Shown one piece after another: positions 18,043-27,079 of a DNA stretch of 64,000 bases. Source of the stretch: Deltaproteobacteria bacterium. Its GTDB lineage: Bacteria > Myxococcota > Kuafuiibacteriia > Kuafuiibacteriales > Kuafuiibacteriaceae. Under the pieces are notes generated by a model, which was not told the origin of the DNA, did no database searches, and worked only from the letters and a program-made list of their open reading frames with translations. The translations under genes and the position numbers were made by a program. Each line of letters starts with the position of its first letter. Position 1 is the stretch's first letter. The stretch is taken from positions 33,345-97,344 of the forward strand of contig JAVJQW010000063.1 in the NCBI GenBank assembly GCA_040218735.1, read 5' to 3'.

Positions 18043-19826
18043 GCGCCGACCCTCGCGGCGGAGTAGGACCGAATGATGCGCGCGCGCTGCGCGTCGATCA
18101 CGACGATCTGATCGTTGGCCAGGTGAAGGACGACGAGGTTCCTGAAGTACGCGGCGCCGACGAACGGGACCTCCTCCGTCCACAGCTCGTAGGGCGGCAT
18201 GTGTGCGCCGTACACCAGCACGCGCGTTCGTTCGGCGTTCGCCGCGATGACGCGCGCCTCGATCTGCCGGCCGCCCACCGCGAAGGCGCCGATGGCCTCT
18301 TCCGCGCTGGGCACCGTGATCGGCCCCCAGTCCGAGGTCGTCCGTCGGTGGAACCAGTTGGCCTCCCAGCGGTTCGCGGATCCGATGGGGTGGAACGCGT
18401 CGCCCTGGCGCATCACGACGATCGCGTGGTTGCGGCAGAAGAAGACCTCGCCGGTCGGGAACGGGAGGTACCAGTCGGGTTGGCGTGTCCGGCTCCAAGG
18501 TTGGAGGCGCGACTTCGTCGCGTCGCGCCCGCGGAGCGTCCACAGACGACCGGCGCGCCGCGCGGCGCCCAGGACGTCCGTGGCGATCCTTTCGATCGAT
18601 CGCAGCTGCAGGTCGATCGCGAAGACGTCGCTCTCCAACTGTACGAAGCAGTAACCGTGCACGTGGAACATGCCGGCGATCGGCGCGTCGGCGCCGGGAG
18701 GCATGAGGGTGGTCTCACCGCGTTCGAGCTCCAGCTGATCGATGAGCTGCCCACGTTTGTTGCGCACGCTGAGGACGGGTTGCAGGCCGTCGACGCTCAG
18801 CACCCAGTAGCGTTTGTGCCACCAACCCACCGCGACGATCGGCCCGCGCTGCGCACCGAGGTGCCGAGGCTCGGCGTGGTGCTCGAGCGGTTTGTGGGGG
18901 AGCCCGAGCGCGAGCACGCCGGCCTGCGTGCGGAGGAACAGGCGCCGCCCGCCGTCGGCGATCGCGACGCCGCCGCCGGTCGTCGCCATCGCCACGCGGA
19001 CCGGCGCAGGCTTTCGAACCTCGAAGGGATCGCGGAGCAGTCGCACACAAACGTTTGGGTGCGGGAGCTCGAATCGCACCGGGTCCTTCGGGGCGAGGCG
19101 AACGTCGAGCGCGCGGTCGCCGATCTCCATCGACTCCACGACTTCGACGGTTTGACCGAGCCGCGCGAGCTTCGCCGTTCGGTTCCCGCCGACGAACCAC
19201 AGGTCGTCGAGTCCGTCGTCCCCGGGGTCGAGTCGTTCGAGGAACGCATCGACGTCCTCCGGCTTCCCCTCGTGCGTCGACCGCCCCTGTAGCAGGTTGA
19301 GCACCGACTGGGCGTCGAGGTGTTCGAACGTTCGCCGCTCCGGGTCCTGCAACACGCCCCACCTGAACGCGACGCCGGCGAGCCGCGCGCGGCGCGCCAA
19401 CACGACCAGCGTCGCGAGGTGGACGAGGCGCGGTGCGCCGATCTGATGAGGCCCCGCGTCGAACAGCGCGATCGAGTGCAGCGACGCCGAGGGCGCGCGA
19501 CGTTGAAGCTCGAGGAACGTGTGCTCGGTCATCGCAGCGCGACGCAGGAACTCGAGCGGCGCCTCCTCCGCGATGGCCCACTCGGAGAGCAGCAGACGCT
19601 CATACGAACCGCGGCGCGTGAGCCCGCCGAAGCCGTCGGGGGTGCCGTCGCCTTCGCGCGTGCTTCGTTTCAATGGACCGAACGTCGCGGCGAGGCGTGG
19701 GAGCCAAGGGAGCAGCGTGTGTACGACGTCCGGCGGGAACATCGACAGCTCGTCCTCCCACCCCCGCAACGCGGGCGGGAGCCTCGTACTCGGCGTGGCC
19801 GGACGCCGAGCGGATTCGCGATTCAC
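18039..19826 (-). CDS. vWA-like plus beta-propeller component of the MoxR ternary system
   Basis: PDGFGGLTRRGSYERLLLSEW...EFLRRAA..EH.F, then ALFDAGPHQIGAPRLVHLA (degenerate vWA/MIDAS region), with a beta-rich C-half. GTG 19826 overlaps the upstream TGA. Confidence 0.7.
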   Translation of the reverse strand: MNRESARRPATPSTRLPPALRGWEDELSMFPPDVVHTLLPWLPRLAATFGPLKRSTREGDGTPDGFGGLTRRGSYERLLLSEWAIAEEAPLEFLRRAAMTEHTFLELQRRAPSASLHSIALFDAGPHQIGAPRLVHLATLVVLARRARLAGVAFRWGVLQDPERRTFEHLDAQSVLNLLQGRSTHEGKPEDVDAFLERLDPGDDGLDDLWFVGGNRTAKLARLGQTVEVVESMEIGDRALDVRLAPKDPVRFELPHPNVCVRLLRDPFEVRKPAPVRVAMATTGGGVAIADGGRRLFLRTQAGVLALGLPHKPLEHHAEPRHLGAQRGPIVAVGWWHKRYWVLSVDGLQPVLSVRNKRGQLIDQLELERGETTLMPPGADAPIAGMFHVHGYCFVQLESDVFAIDLQLRSIERIATDVLGAARRAGRLWTLRGRDATKSRLQPWSRTRQPDWYLPFPTGEVFFCRNHAIVVMRQGDAFHPIGSANRWEANWFHRRTTSDWGPITVPSAEEAIGAFAVGGRQIEARVIAANAERTRVLVYGAHMPPYELWTEEVPFVGAAYFRNLVVLHLANDQIVVIDAQRARIIRSYSAARVGA

Positions 19827-20215
19827 GTCAGCGCCTCCAGACGGGTGCGCGCGATCGGGCGAAGTTTGTCGAGGCGAACGATGCGCCCCGGGAGCACGGC
19901 GGCGTGTCGCGCTTCGATCAGCGCGTCGAGCACGGCCGGAGAGACGCTGGGCGCCTCCCGCGTGGGCACCAGGAGGCGCGGTGCGTCCGGGTGGCGTCCG
20001 AGGTACTGAACGCCGTCGACCCAGGGGAGGTCTTCGCCGGCGCCGCACACGATGATGAGCCCCGGCGCGACGACGCCTTCGAGCCGCTCGAGGTCGACGT
20101 CGCGGACCCCGAGCAGGCGCGACAGCAGGCGGGCGACGACCTCGCCCTCCGCCCACGCGCCGCACGGCACCAGCGGCTCCGGGCGCGGCGCCCACGTGAT
20201 TCGCATCGGCTTCAC
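19823..20215 (-). CDS. bpX5-domain protein of the MoxR ternary system
   Basis: ITWAPRPEPL...LPWVDGVQYLG...APRLLVPT...P. GTG 20215 overlaps the ATPase TGA; alternative start ATG 20206. Confidence 0.75.
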   Translation of the reverse strand: MKPMRITWAPRPEPLVPCGAWAEGEVVARLLSRLLGVRDVDLERLEGVVAPGLIIVCGAGEDLPWVDGVQYLGRHPDAPRLLVPTREAPSVSPAVLDALIEARHAAVLPGRIVRLDKLRPIARTRLEALT

Positions 20216-21342
20216 GGCAGCTCGATCGCCGGCGCGACCTCCTCCACGATCGCGGTGCGCACCTTGGCGACCGCGTCGGGCATCGCGTCCGGCGCGAACG
20301 CCGCGTCGATCTCCCGCGCGACGCCTTCGAGCTTCAGCAGCCAGCCCTCGCGTTCCTTCGGATCCTCCGGCGGCGCGTCGAGGAGCTGCTGTCCGTCGCG
20401 GGCGATGCGCTCCGCGCGAGCGAGCGGCCCGAGGGAAGCGTGCTCCGCCGCGGCGGCGAGCGCGGAGCTCTTGGACGCTTCGAGCAGCTCCGCAATCGCG
20501 TCCCGCGCGATCTGCTGTCCGGCGAGCGAGGGCACCGCGTAGACGATCGGCCACAGGTCCGCGGTGGTCGGTGTGGTGCGACCGTCGAGCGCGGCGGCGG
20601 CGGCGACGAGGCGCTGGAGCTTCACGGCGCGTCGGTCGGAGAGCAAGATGCCGTTCTTCCGGAGCGCGCGGATCGCGTGAGCGATCTCGCTCCGCACGCC
20701 GGACAGATCCGCGGCGCGCGCGGTCTCGGCGAGTGCGTCGACGTGCGCTATCTCGATCCCTTCGATCGACTGCGACTCGAGCGCCCACCCACTCTCGAGC
20801 AGATCCTCGATCGAGGGATCCGGGATCCCGTCCACGAAGAACCGCACGAGGAAGCGGTCGGCGAAGGCGTCGAGGGACTCGTCGTCGGGGAGCGCGTTCG
20901 TCGCGCCGACGCAAACGCGGAGCGGCACGTCGATCGCGGTGTGCCCACGCACGAAGCGCCGCTCGTTGAGGAGCCCGAGCAACGTGTTGAGGATCGCCGT
21001 CGAGCCCAGGAACACCTCGTCGAGGAACGCGATCTCGGCCTCGGGGAGCATCCCCGTCGTCTCCGTCTCGACGACCCCCTCGCGGAGCTTCCGCAGATCG
21101 ACCGGGCCGAAGATCTCGTTCGGCTCGGTGAACCGCCCGAGGAGGTATTCGAAGTACCGCCCGCCCAGCGCCTTCGCGACGCGACGCACCGCCTCGCTCT
21201 TCGCCGTCCCGGGGGGCCCGACGACGAGCACGTGCTCGCGCGCGATCGCCGCGAGCGCGACGAGCTCGACGAGCGCCTCGCGGTCGATGAGGTTACGACT
21301 GGCGCGGCCGAGGGCACCGGCGACGAGATCCGCTGAGTTCAG
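20212..21342 (-). CDS. MoxR/RavA-type AAA+ ATPase
   Basis: Walker A GPPGTAKS, FEYLLGRFTEPNEIFGP, Walker B FLDEVF, LNERRF and DRF. The start is uncertain; the ORF stays open to 21435 but would overlap the divergent gene. Confidence 0.9.
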   Translation of the reverse strand: MNSADLVAGALGRASRNLIDREALVELVALAAIAREHVLVVGPPGTAKSEAVRRVAKALGGRYFEYLLGRFTEPNEIFGPVDLRKLREGVVETETTGMLPEAEIAFLDEVFLGSTAILNTLLGLLNERRFVRGHTAIDVPLRVCVGATNALPDDESLDAFADRFLVRFFVDGIPDPSIEDLLESGWALESQSIEGIEIAHVDALAETARAADLSGVRSEIAHAIRALRKNGILLSDRRAVKLQRLVAAAAALDGRTTPTTADLWPIVYAVPSLAGQQIARDAIAELLEASKSSALAAAAEHASLGPLARAERIARDGQQLLDAPPEDPKEREGWLLKLEGVAREIDAAFAPDAMPDAVAKVRTAIVEEVAPAIELP

Positions 21343-21375
21343 AATGTCCCGAGGGTAGCAGTCGAGCCGACGACC

Positions 21376-22182
21376 GTGGACCTCCCGCGGTTGACCCGCG
21401 ACGCCGCCCCACGAACGCTCTTGGGCGACGTGCACCCCTTAGAGGAGGTCTTCGAACGACGTGCGCCTCGGCTCCTTCGTGGCCGTCGAGCGCAGAGCAT
21501 GTTCGGCGTGCCGCAGACCGTGGCGCTGCTCCGGTCACTCCCCGCGGACGTTTGCTTCGCCGACGTCCTTGGACACCACGGCGGCATCACCGTCGAAACG
21601 TCGGGCGAGCTGCCGGCGGAAGGTCCGCTCGTCGTCGCCGCGAATCACCCGTACCCGATCCTCGACTACTACGGCCTGGCCTTCGCGGTAGAGCAGCGCC
21701 GCGGCGGGCGTGTGCGCGTCGTCGTCGATGCGTTGTCGAAGCCGATGCGCGAGCTCCACCCGTTGCTCGCGTTCGTCGGCGACAGCGACGAAGAGCGCGA
21801 TGCGTTCTGGCGAGAACAGTCCGCGTTCCTGCGCGACGGCGGCGCGGTGGTCATCTTCCCCGCGGGACAGACCAACTACCGCGACGGGGAGGGCGTCGCG
21901 GTGGAGACGCCGTGGCGCGGCGGGGCGCTGAAGCTCGCGAGCCTCGCGGACGCGACGCTCGTGCCCGCATTCGTTCGCGCCGAGACCAGCTTCGGCTACA
22001 ACCTGCTGCGTCGCCTGTTGCCGCGCGGGGTCGTGCAGAACCTCAACCTCCGCGAAGCGCACACCCGGAGCGCGACGGTCGACGTCACGTTCGGCGCGCC
22101 GCTCGACGTCGCCGCGCTCAGCACCGACGCGCTCCGCGACGCGGTGTACACCGTGGGTGGCGTCGGCTTTCGACTCGGGTAG
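21376..22182 (+). CDS. Lysophospholipid acyltransferase (PlsC/LPLAT family)
   Basis: GPLVVAANHPYPILD (HxxxxD), IFPAG and W-RGG...LVP. Confidence 0.8.
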   Translation: MDLPRLTRDAAPRTLLGDVHPLEEVFERRAPRLLRGRRAQSMFGVPQTVALLRSLPADVCFADVLGHHGGITVETSGELPAEGPLVVAANHPYPILDYYGLAFAVEQRRGGRVRVVVDALSKPMRELHPLLAFVGDSDEERDAFWREQSAFLRDGGAVVIFPAGQTNYRDGEGVAVETPWRGGALKLASLADATLVPAFVRAETSFGYNLLRRLLPRGVVQNLNLREAHTRSATVDVTFGAPLDVAALSTDALRDAVYTVGGVGFRLG

Positions 22183-22199
22183 GCGGCGCCCGAGTATCT

Positions 22200-23507
22200 T
22201 CAGTAGACGGCTTCGCCGTCGCGAAGGAAGACGCGCCCGCCCTTCATGACGAAGTCCACCTCTTCGAGGCGCTTCGCGTCCGCGGTGGCGTCGCCCTTCA
22301 CGGCGACGAGGTCCGCGAGCTTGCCTTTGGCGATCACGCCGAGGTCGGGTTGGTCGAGCAGCTCCGCGGCCCGGATCGTCGCGGCCTGGATCGCCTCCAT
22401 CGGCGTCATGCCGCCCTCCACCATGTACGCGAACTCCGACGCGTTGGTGCCGTGCGGAGAGACGCCGCAGTCGGTGCCGAACGCGATCTTCACGCCCGCG
22501 CGGTGCGCCTTGGTGAAGGTGCTCTGGATCTGTGCGCCGATCACCGCGGCCTTGGGGCGCACGACCTCGGGGAAGAAGCCGGCCTCCTCCGCCTTCTTCG
22601 CGACCCACTTCCCCGCGCTGATCGTCGGGACGTAGAACGTGCCGCGCTCCTTCATCAGCGCGATGGCTTCGTCGTCGAGGTACGTGCCGTGTTCGACGGA
22701 GTGAACGCCCGCGCGCACCGCTCGCTTGAGCCCCTCCGCACCGTGCGCGTGCACGGCGACGCGGAAGCCGTAGTCCTTCGCCGTCGCGACGACGGCCTCC
22801 AGCTCCTCGTCGGTGAACTGCGGGTTCTGGCCGCTCTTCGCGAGGCTCAACACGCCGCCGGTCGCGGTGAGCTTGATGAGGTCCGCGCCGTCCTTGTAGC
22901 GCTGGCGCACCGCCTTGCGTGCGTCGTCCGCGCCGTTGACCACCCCCTCCTTCGGTCCGGGGTCCTTCTTCAGCTCCGCGTTCAGGCCGTTCGTCGGATC
23001 CGCGTGGCCGCCGGTCGTCGCGAGCGACTTCGCGGCCGTGAAGATTCGCGGCCCGACGATCCACCCCTTCTTGATGCTGTCGCGCATCGACACCGTGATG
23101 TTGTTGCGGTCGCCGAGGTCGCGCACCGTCGTGAACCCCGCGAGCAGCGTCCGCCGCGCGAACTCGGCGCCGCGCAGCGCGACGTCGGCGTCGTTCATGA
23201 AGAACCGCTCCGAGTAACTCTTCGCGCTGAGCTGGAACGTCAGGTGCGTGTGCATGTCCATGAAGCCGGGCATCACGGTGTGCGCGCGCAGGTCGATCGT
23301 CGACACGCCCTTGCCGGCCTTCGCGAACCCCTTCTCGACGCCGACGATGCGGTCGCCTTCGACGCGGATCGTCACGTCCTTCTGCGTGGTGCCCTTCGCC
23401 ACGTCGACGAGCCGCCCCGCGTGGACGACGTACTTCGGCTTCACCTCGGGGGCGGCGGTCGCGGGGGTCGCGCAGGCGAACGTGGTCAGCAGGAGGAGGC
23501 TACGCAC
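22200..23507 (-). CDS. Secreted amidohydrolase (Xaa-Pro dipeptidase/prolidase-like)
   Basis: Signal peptide; [38 protein letters not shown] and GKLADLV. Confidence 0.9.
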   Translation of the reverse strand: MRSLLLLTTFACATPATAAPEVKPKYVVHAGRLVDVAKGTTQKDVTIRVEGDRIVGVEKGFAKAGKGVSTIDLRAHTVMPGFMDMHTHLTFQLSAKSYSERFFMNDADVALRGAEFARRTLLAGFTTVRDLGDRNNITVSMRDSIKKGWIVGPRIFTAAKSLATTGGHADPTNGLNAELKKDPGPKEGVVNGADDARKAVRQRYKDGADLIKLTATGGVLSLAKSGQNPQFTDEELEAVVATAKDYGFRVAVHAHGAEGLKRAVRAGVHSVEHGTYLDDEAIALMKERGTFYVPTISAGKWVAKKAEEAGFFPEVVRPKAAVIGAQIQSTFTKAHRAGVKIAFGTDCGVSPHGTNASEFAYMVEGGMTPMEAIQAATIRAAELLDQPDLGVIAKGKLADLVAVKGDATADAKRLEEVDFVMKGGRVFLRDGEAVY

Positions 23508-23546
23508 GCCGGCATCATGGCGAACGGCGTCGAGGGCGTCACGCTT

Positions 23547-24332
23547 TCAACGCCAGTAACACTCGGGCCAAGCGCGGCACGCGCTCTCGGACGTGTGGCG
23601 ACTGCACTGCCACGCGCCGCCCGTGCACTCCGCGTCGCGCCAGTAACAACCGCGCTGCGTGTTGCACGAGCCGCTCGACGTCCGCGAGCCGCAGGACGCG
23701 GAGCCGCCGACGCAGCGGTCGTCGTAGTAGTCCCAGCGGCATCCGAGCTGGTAGCCGCACTGTGACGGCGAGTAGAACGACTGACACGCCCACGCGGAGC
23801 CGAGGCAGATCTCGTAGCTGTAGTAGCAGCCCGGGTTCTCGGTGCAGGACGCGGAGGAGTACCGCGCGTCGCACGCGGTGACCGCGCCGTAACACGCGCC
23901 GCCGGATCCGCCGGAGCCCGTCTGGTTGTTGCTGTTGTTCGAGCCGCCCGAGTTGTTGCCGCCGGTGCTCATGTTGCCGTTGCCGTTCGGCGTGGGCGTC
24001 GGGCCGTCGCGCTCCTCGCGGATCTCCGTACCGTCGCGCGGGTCGTCGTAGGTCGGGACGACACCGGTCGGTACGTCGCCGGAGCGGCAGTACGCGAGCG
24101 CGTGATCGATCGTGATGAACCCCGTGCCGTCGTCGAACCAGAACGCGCAGTCCCCGGCTTGGCAGCACATCTCGTAGGTCTGGCCGTTCGGGCAGTTGTT
24201 CCCGAGGAGCGTGCACTCCACCGGATCTTCGACGGGGGCCTCGGCGGCCGGATCGGTGACCTTGGAGAGCGGATCGGGGCCCCCACAGGCGGCGAGCCCG
24301 AACAGGAGGACAACCGCGGTAAAGCCCCGCAT
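23547..24332 (-). CDS. Cys-rich lipoprotein
   Basis: Lipobox LAAC, G/N/S linker, and C-terminal repeats of C-x-G-x-A-x-x-C...C....GC-x-W. Confidence 0.8.
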   Translation of the reverse strand: MRGFTAVVLLFGLAACGGPDPLSKVTDPAAEAPVEDPVECTLLGNNCPNGQTYEMCCQAGDCAFWFDDGTGFITIDHALAYCRSGDVPTGVVPTYDDPRDGTEIREERDGPTPTPNGNGNMSTGGNNSGGSNNSNNQTGSGGSGGACYGAVTACDARYSSASCTENPGCYYSYEICLGSAWACQSFYSPSQCGYQLGCRWDYYDDRCVGGSASCGSRTSSGSCNTQRGCYWRDAECTGGAWQCSRHTSESACRAWPECYWR

Positions 24333-24342
24333 CGCGCATCGG

Positions 24343-24369
24343 TTATCGGCGAGCGAGGGCGTGTGTTGC
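24343..24369 (-). promoter_or_regulatory. Putative sigma28/FliA-like promoter (GCAAC-N14-GCCGATAA)
   Basis: A perfect GCCGATAA -10 box lies 10 nt upstream of ATG 24332. Confidence 0.5.
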
Positions 24370-24379
24370 CTGAAAAGAC

Positions 24380-25999
24380 CTACAGACCGATCTGGATGAG
24401 CCCGGCGGTGATGTCGCCGAACCCGAAGTCCGTCGACACCCGCAGCGTGCTCCCGCCGCCGAGGTCGAACACGATCGACGGGACGCCCATGTGCTGCAGC
24501 GCCGAGAGGTCACCGAGCGGCCGCTCGCGGATGGACTGCTCGAACGCCGCGAGGTCGCCGCCCGGGACCGTCCGGGCGTCGTAGATGCGGTCGTACCCCT
24601 CCCGGGTCGCCTCGCCGTTGGGCTCTCGGTAGCGCGTGTTGGTGCGCTGGGTCGCGAGCTCCTCCACGCCCAACGTCGCGTCGTCGTTGGCGTAGGCGGC
24701 GACCACCTCGGCGTTCGAGGTGATGTCCATCTTCCCGTCGAACACGAAGTGTGTGGCCTCGTGGAAGATCGCCGAACCGAAGGAGATCGGACCGAACGAT
24801 CCGTCCTCTCGCAACGCGCGGAGGTTCGCGACTTCGTCGGTGTTCACGGACAACACCATCTGCTGGTTTGCGTTCCACGCGGCGCCCGTGACGCCGCCCT
24901 CCGCGGTGACGTCGACGACCGAGATCGGCCCGTACTCCGCGGAGAGGTTCTGCAGGACGTTCCAGCCGTCGGGGTCGAGCCGCGGGAAGTCGTTCATCAC
25001 CTGTCGGATCGCCGCCGCGTTCTCCTCCGAGAAGGCCTGCGGTCCCGCTTCCGGGAGTGCGTAGACCTGACTCGGATCCGCCGCGAGGTTGTCCGGCAGC
25101 GACACGTCGAGCGGCGCACGCACGGCGGGCAGCAGGCTCGGCGCGACTTGGCTGGGATCGAGCGCGTAGTCGACGAGCGCCGCGCGCTGCGTCGGATCGT
25201 CCACGCCGTAGTACGCGCTCAGCGCGCGCAGCGGTTGGTCGCCGAACATCGGGAACTTCTCGGAGAGGTTGCCCGCGCCGTCCCCGGGATCCCACGGGCG
25301 GTTCAGGAACGCGAGGTACCCGGGCAACGATCCGTAGACCGACTCGAGCCCGGCGCCTTCGTAGGTGTCGATCGCCCGGTCGAGCCACGCCTTGTTGCCG
25401 CTCGCTTCGAACGCGTCGACGGCGTCCGACGTGTACGGGGGCGCGGGGGGCCGGTCGCCGAGGCCCTGGAGGACCTCGGTCTCGATCCCGTCGAGCTGCG
25501 ACCTCAACGCGGGGTCGTTCGCCCAGGGACCGCCGGGGCCGGTCGCCGCGTAGCCGGACTCGAGGAGCTGGCCCCAGGCGCGTGCGGCGTCTGGATCCTG
25601 CGCGGGATCGAGGGAACCGTCTTCGCGACGTAGCCCGAGCTGGGCGACGGCGTCCTGTCCGCTCGCGTCGAGCTGCGCGAGGCGGTCCGGGTTCGCGTGA
25701 AGGAAGTCCAACGACGCGCCGAGGCGCGCCGCACGGTCCGGTGGCTCGACCGACGCGAGCTGCGCGTCCAGCCGTTGCCGCATCTGCATCGTCTTCGGAT
25801 CGTTCGCGGTCACCAGACGCGCGTCGTTCGCGGTCTGCAAGGTAGGTTGCGCGACGGGGTCGGGAGCGGCCGGGCCGCCCGTCTGGGTCGTCGGGGAAAG
25901 AGGTGGTTTGGTTTCTTCGGCATCCGAGTCGTAGTCGAACTGCTTGGGGGGCGACTGCAGTCGGATGTTGTTCTCGGCGCCGCTCTTGATGAGCGCCAT
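24380..25999 (-). CDS. Putative effector with a C-terminal HExxH zinc metallopeptidase (M91/NleD-like)
   Basis: AIFHEATH...EELAT...NTRYREPNGEATREGY matches the M91-type HExxH..EE..N..R....RxxY pattern. The N-terminus is P/T/Q-rich with no Sec signal. The true start is probably ATG 25999. Confidence 0.55.
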   Translation of the reverse strand: MALIKSGAENNIRLQSPPKQFDYDSDAEETKPPLSPTTQTGGPAAPDPVAQPTLQTANDARLVTANDPKTMQMRQRLDAQLASVEPPDRAARLGASLDFLHANPDRLAQLDASGQDAVAQLGLRREDGSLDPAQDPDAARAWGQLLESGYAATGPGGPWANDPALRSQLDGIETEVLQGLGDRPPAPPYTSDAVDAFEASGNKAWLDRAIDTYEGAGLESVYGSLPGYLAFLNRPWDPGDGAGNLSEKFPMFGDQPLRALSAYYGVDDPTQRAALVDYALDPSQVAPSLLPAVRAPLDVSLPDNLAADPSQVYALPEAGPQAFSEENAAAIRQVMNDFPRLDPDGWNVLQNLSAEYGPISVVDVTAEGGVTGAAWNANQQMVLSVNTDEVANLRALREDGSFGPISFGSAIFHEATHFVFDGKMDITSNAEVVAAYANDDATLGVEELATQRTNTRYREPNGEATREGYDRIYDARTVPGGDLAAFEQSIRERPLGDLSALQHMGVPSIVFDLGGGSTLRVSTDFGFGDITAGLIQIGL

Positions 26000-26125
26000 G
26001 TGCTGCGCCGGCCACGCAAGGCGCGGACCACCCTCACCGAACGGCGGGAATTCGCCGGCCCTGTCGAGTCCGCTCGACGATGTGTCCTGTCGGGTCGACG
26101 CTCGCACCCGACACGATCCTCGGAT

Positions 26126-26160
26126 CCGCGGATCGGGCAGATCATCCCGCGGATCGGCCA
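26126..26160 (+). promoter_or_regulatory. Direct repeat CCGCGGATCGG with 21-bp period, candidate AraC-family operator
   Basis: Copies at 26126-26136 and 26147-26157, about 40 bp upstream of the oxidoreductase-AraC operon. Confidence 0.55.
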
Positions 26161-26197
26161 TGGTTCGATCCGCGCCCCGCCGACTACCGTAGACCGC

Positions 26198-27079
26198 ATG
26201 AACAAGCACGATGTCGTCATCATCGGAGGCGGCCCCGCCGGCCTGACCGCTGCGCTCTACCTCGGCCGCGCGCGCCGTTCGGTGCTGGTGCTCGATCGCG
26301 GGGAGCCCCGCCACGCGGTCACGGCCGGCGTGCACAACTTCCTCACGCGCGACGGGTTGCCGCCCGCGGAGCTGCGCTCGATCGCGTGGTCGCAGATGGC
26401 CACGTACTCCACCGTGGAGCGCAAGGATGCGACGGTGCGCCGCCTGGTTCGCGAAGGTGAGACGTGGCGCGCCGAGACCGACGCCGGCGACTTCACCGCG
26501 CGTGCGATCCTCCTCGCGACCGGCGTCGTCGACGAACACCCCGACATCCCCGGGTACCGCGAGCGTTGGGGGCACGCGATCCACCACTGCCCGTTCTGTC
26601 ACGGCTGGGAGTCGCGCGACCGACCGCTCGCGGCGCTCGTCGCCGGGGAGTTTGCCGCGCACTACGGGCCGCTGCTGAAGAACTGGTCCGACGACGTCGT
26701 CGTCCTCACGAACGGCGGCGCGCTCCCCGACGAAGCGCGCGGCGCGCTCGATGCGGCGCGTGTGCCGATCTACGAGGCGAAGGTCGAGGCCCTCGAAGGA
26801 CCCGGTCGTGAGCTCGCGCGGATCCGCCTCGCGGACGGGACGGTCCTCGAACGCCAAGGCCTGTTCGTGAAGCCCGACCAGCACCAGACCGCGCTCGTTC
26901 AGTCGCTCGGCGTCGACCTCGACGACGCGGGGTACGTCGCGGTCGACATGTTCGGCGCGACCTCGGTCCCGGGTGTGTGGGCCGCGGGAGATCTCACGAC
27001 CGGAATGCAGCAGGTCGTGGAAGCCGCCGCGCAAGGCGCGCGCGCAGGGGCTATGCTGGTGAAGACCTTGTCCGCGTGA
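26198..27079 (+). CDS. FAD/NAD(P)-dependent thioredoxin-reductase-like dithiol oxidoreductase
   Basis: DVVIIGGGPAGL, LLATG, HCPFCHGWE (CxxC) and TSVPGVWAAGD. Confidence 0.92.
   Translation: MNKHDVVIIGGGPAGLTAALYLGRARRSVLVLDRGEPRHAVTAGVHNFLTRDGLPPAELRSIAWSQMATYSTVERKDATVRRLVREGETWRAETDAGDFTARAILLATGVVDEHPDIPGYRERWGHAIHHCPFCHGWESRDRPLAALVAGEFAAHYGPLLKNWSDDVVVLTNGGALPDEARGALDAARVPIYEAKVEALEGPGRELARIRLADGTVLERQGLFVKPDQHQTALVQSLGVDLDDAGYVAVDMFGATSVPGVWAAGDLTTGMQQVVEAAAQGARAGAMLVKTLSA

Noticed and set aside
18043-18543. N-terminal extension of the 1046-aa ORF (also 19827-20195, 20216-20914 and 26000-27034)
   Set aside because: These extensions overlap neighbouring real genes. The true starts are marked by ATGA/GTGA coupling or by where family-like sequence begins.
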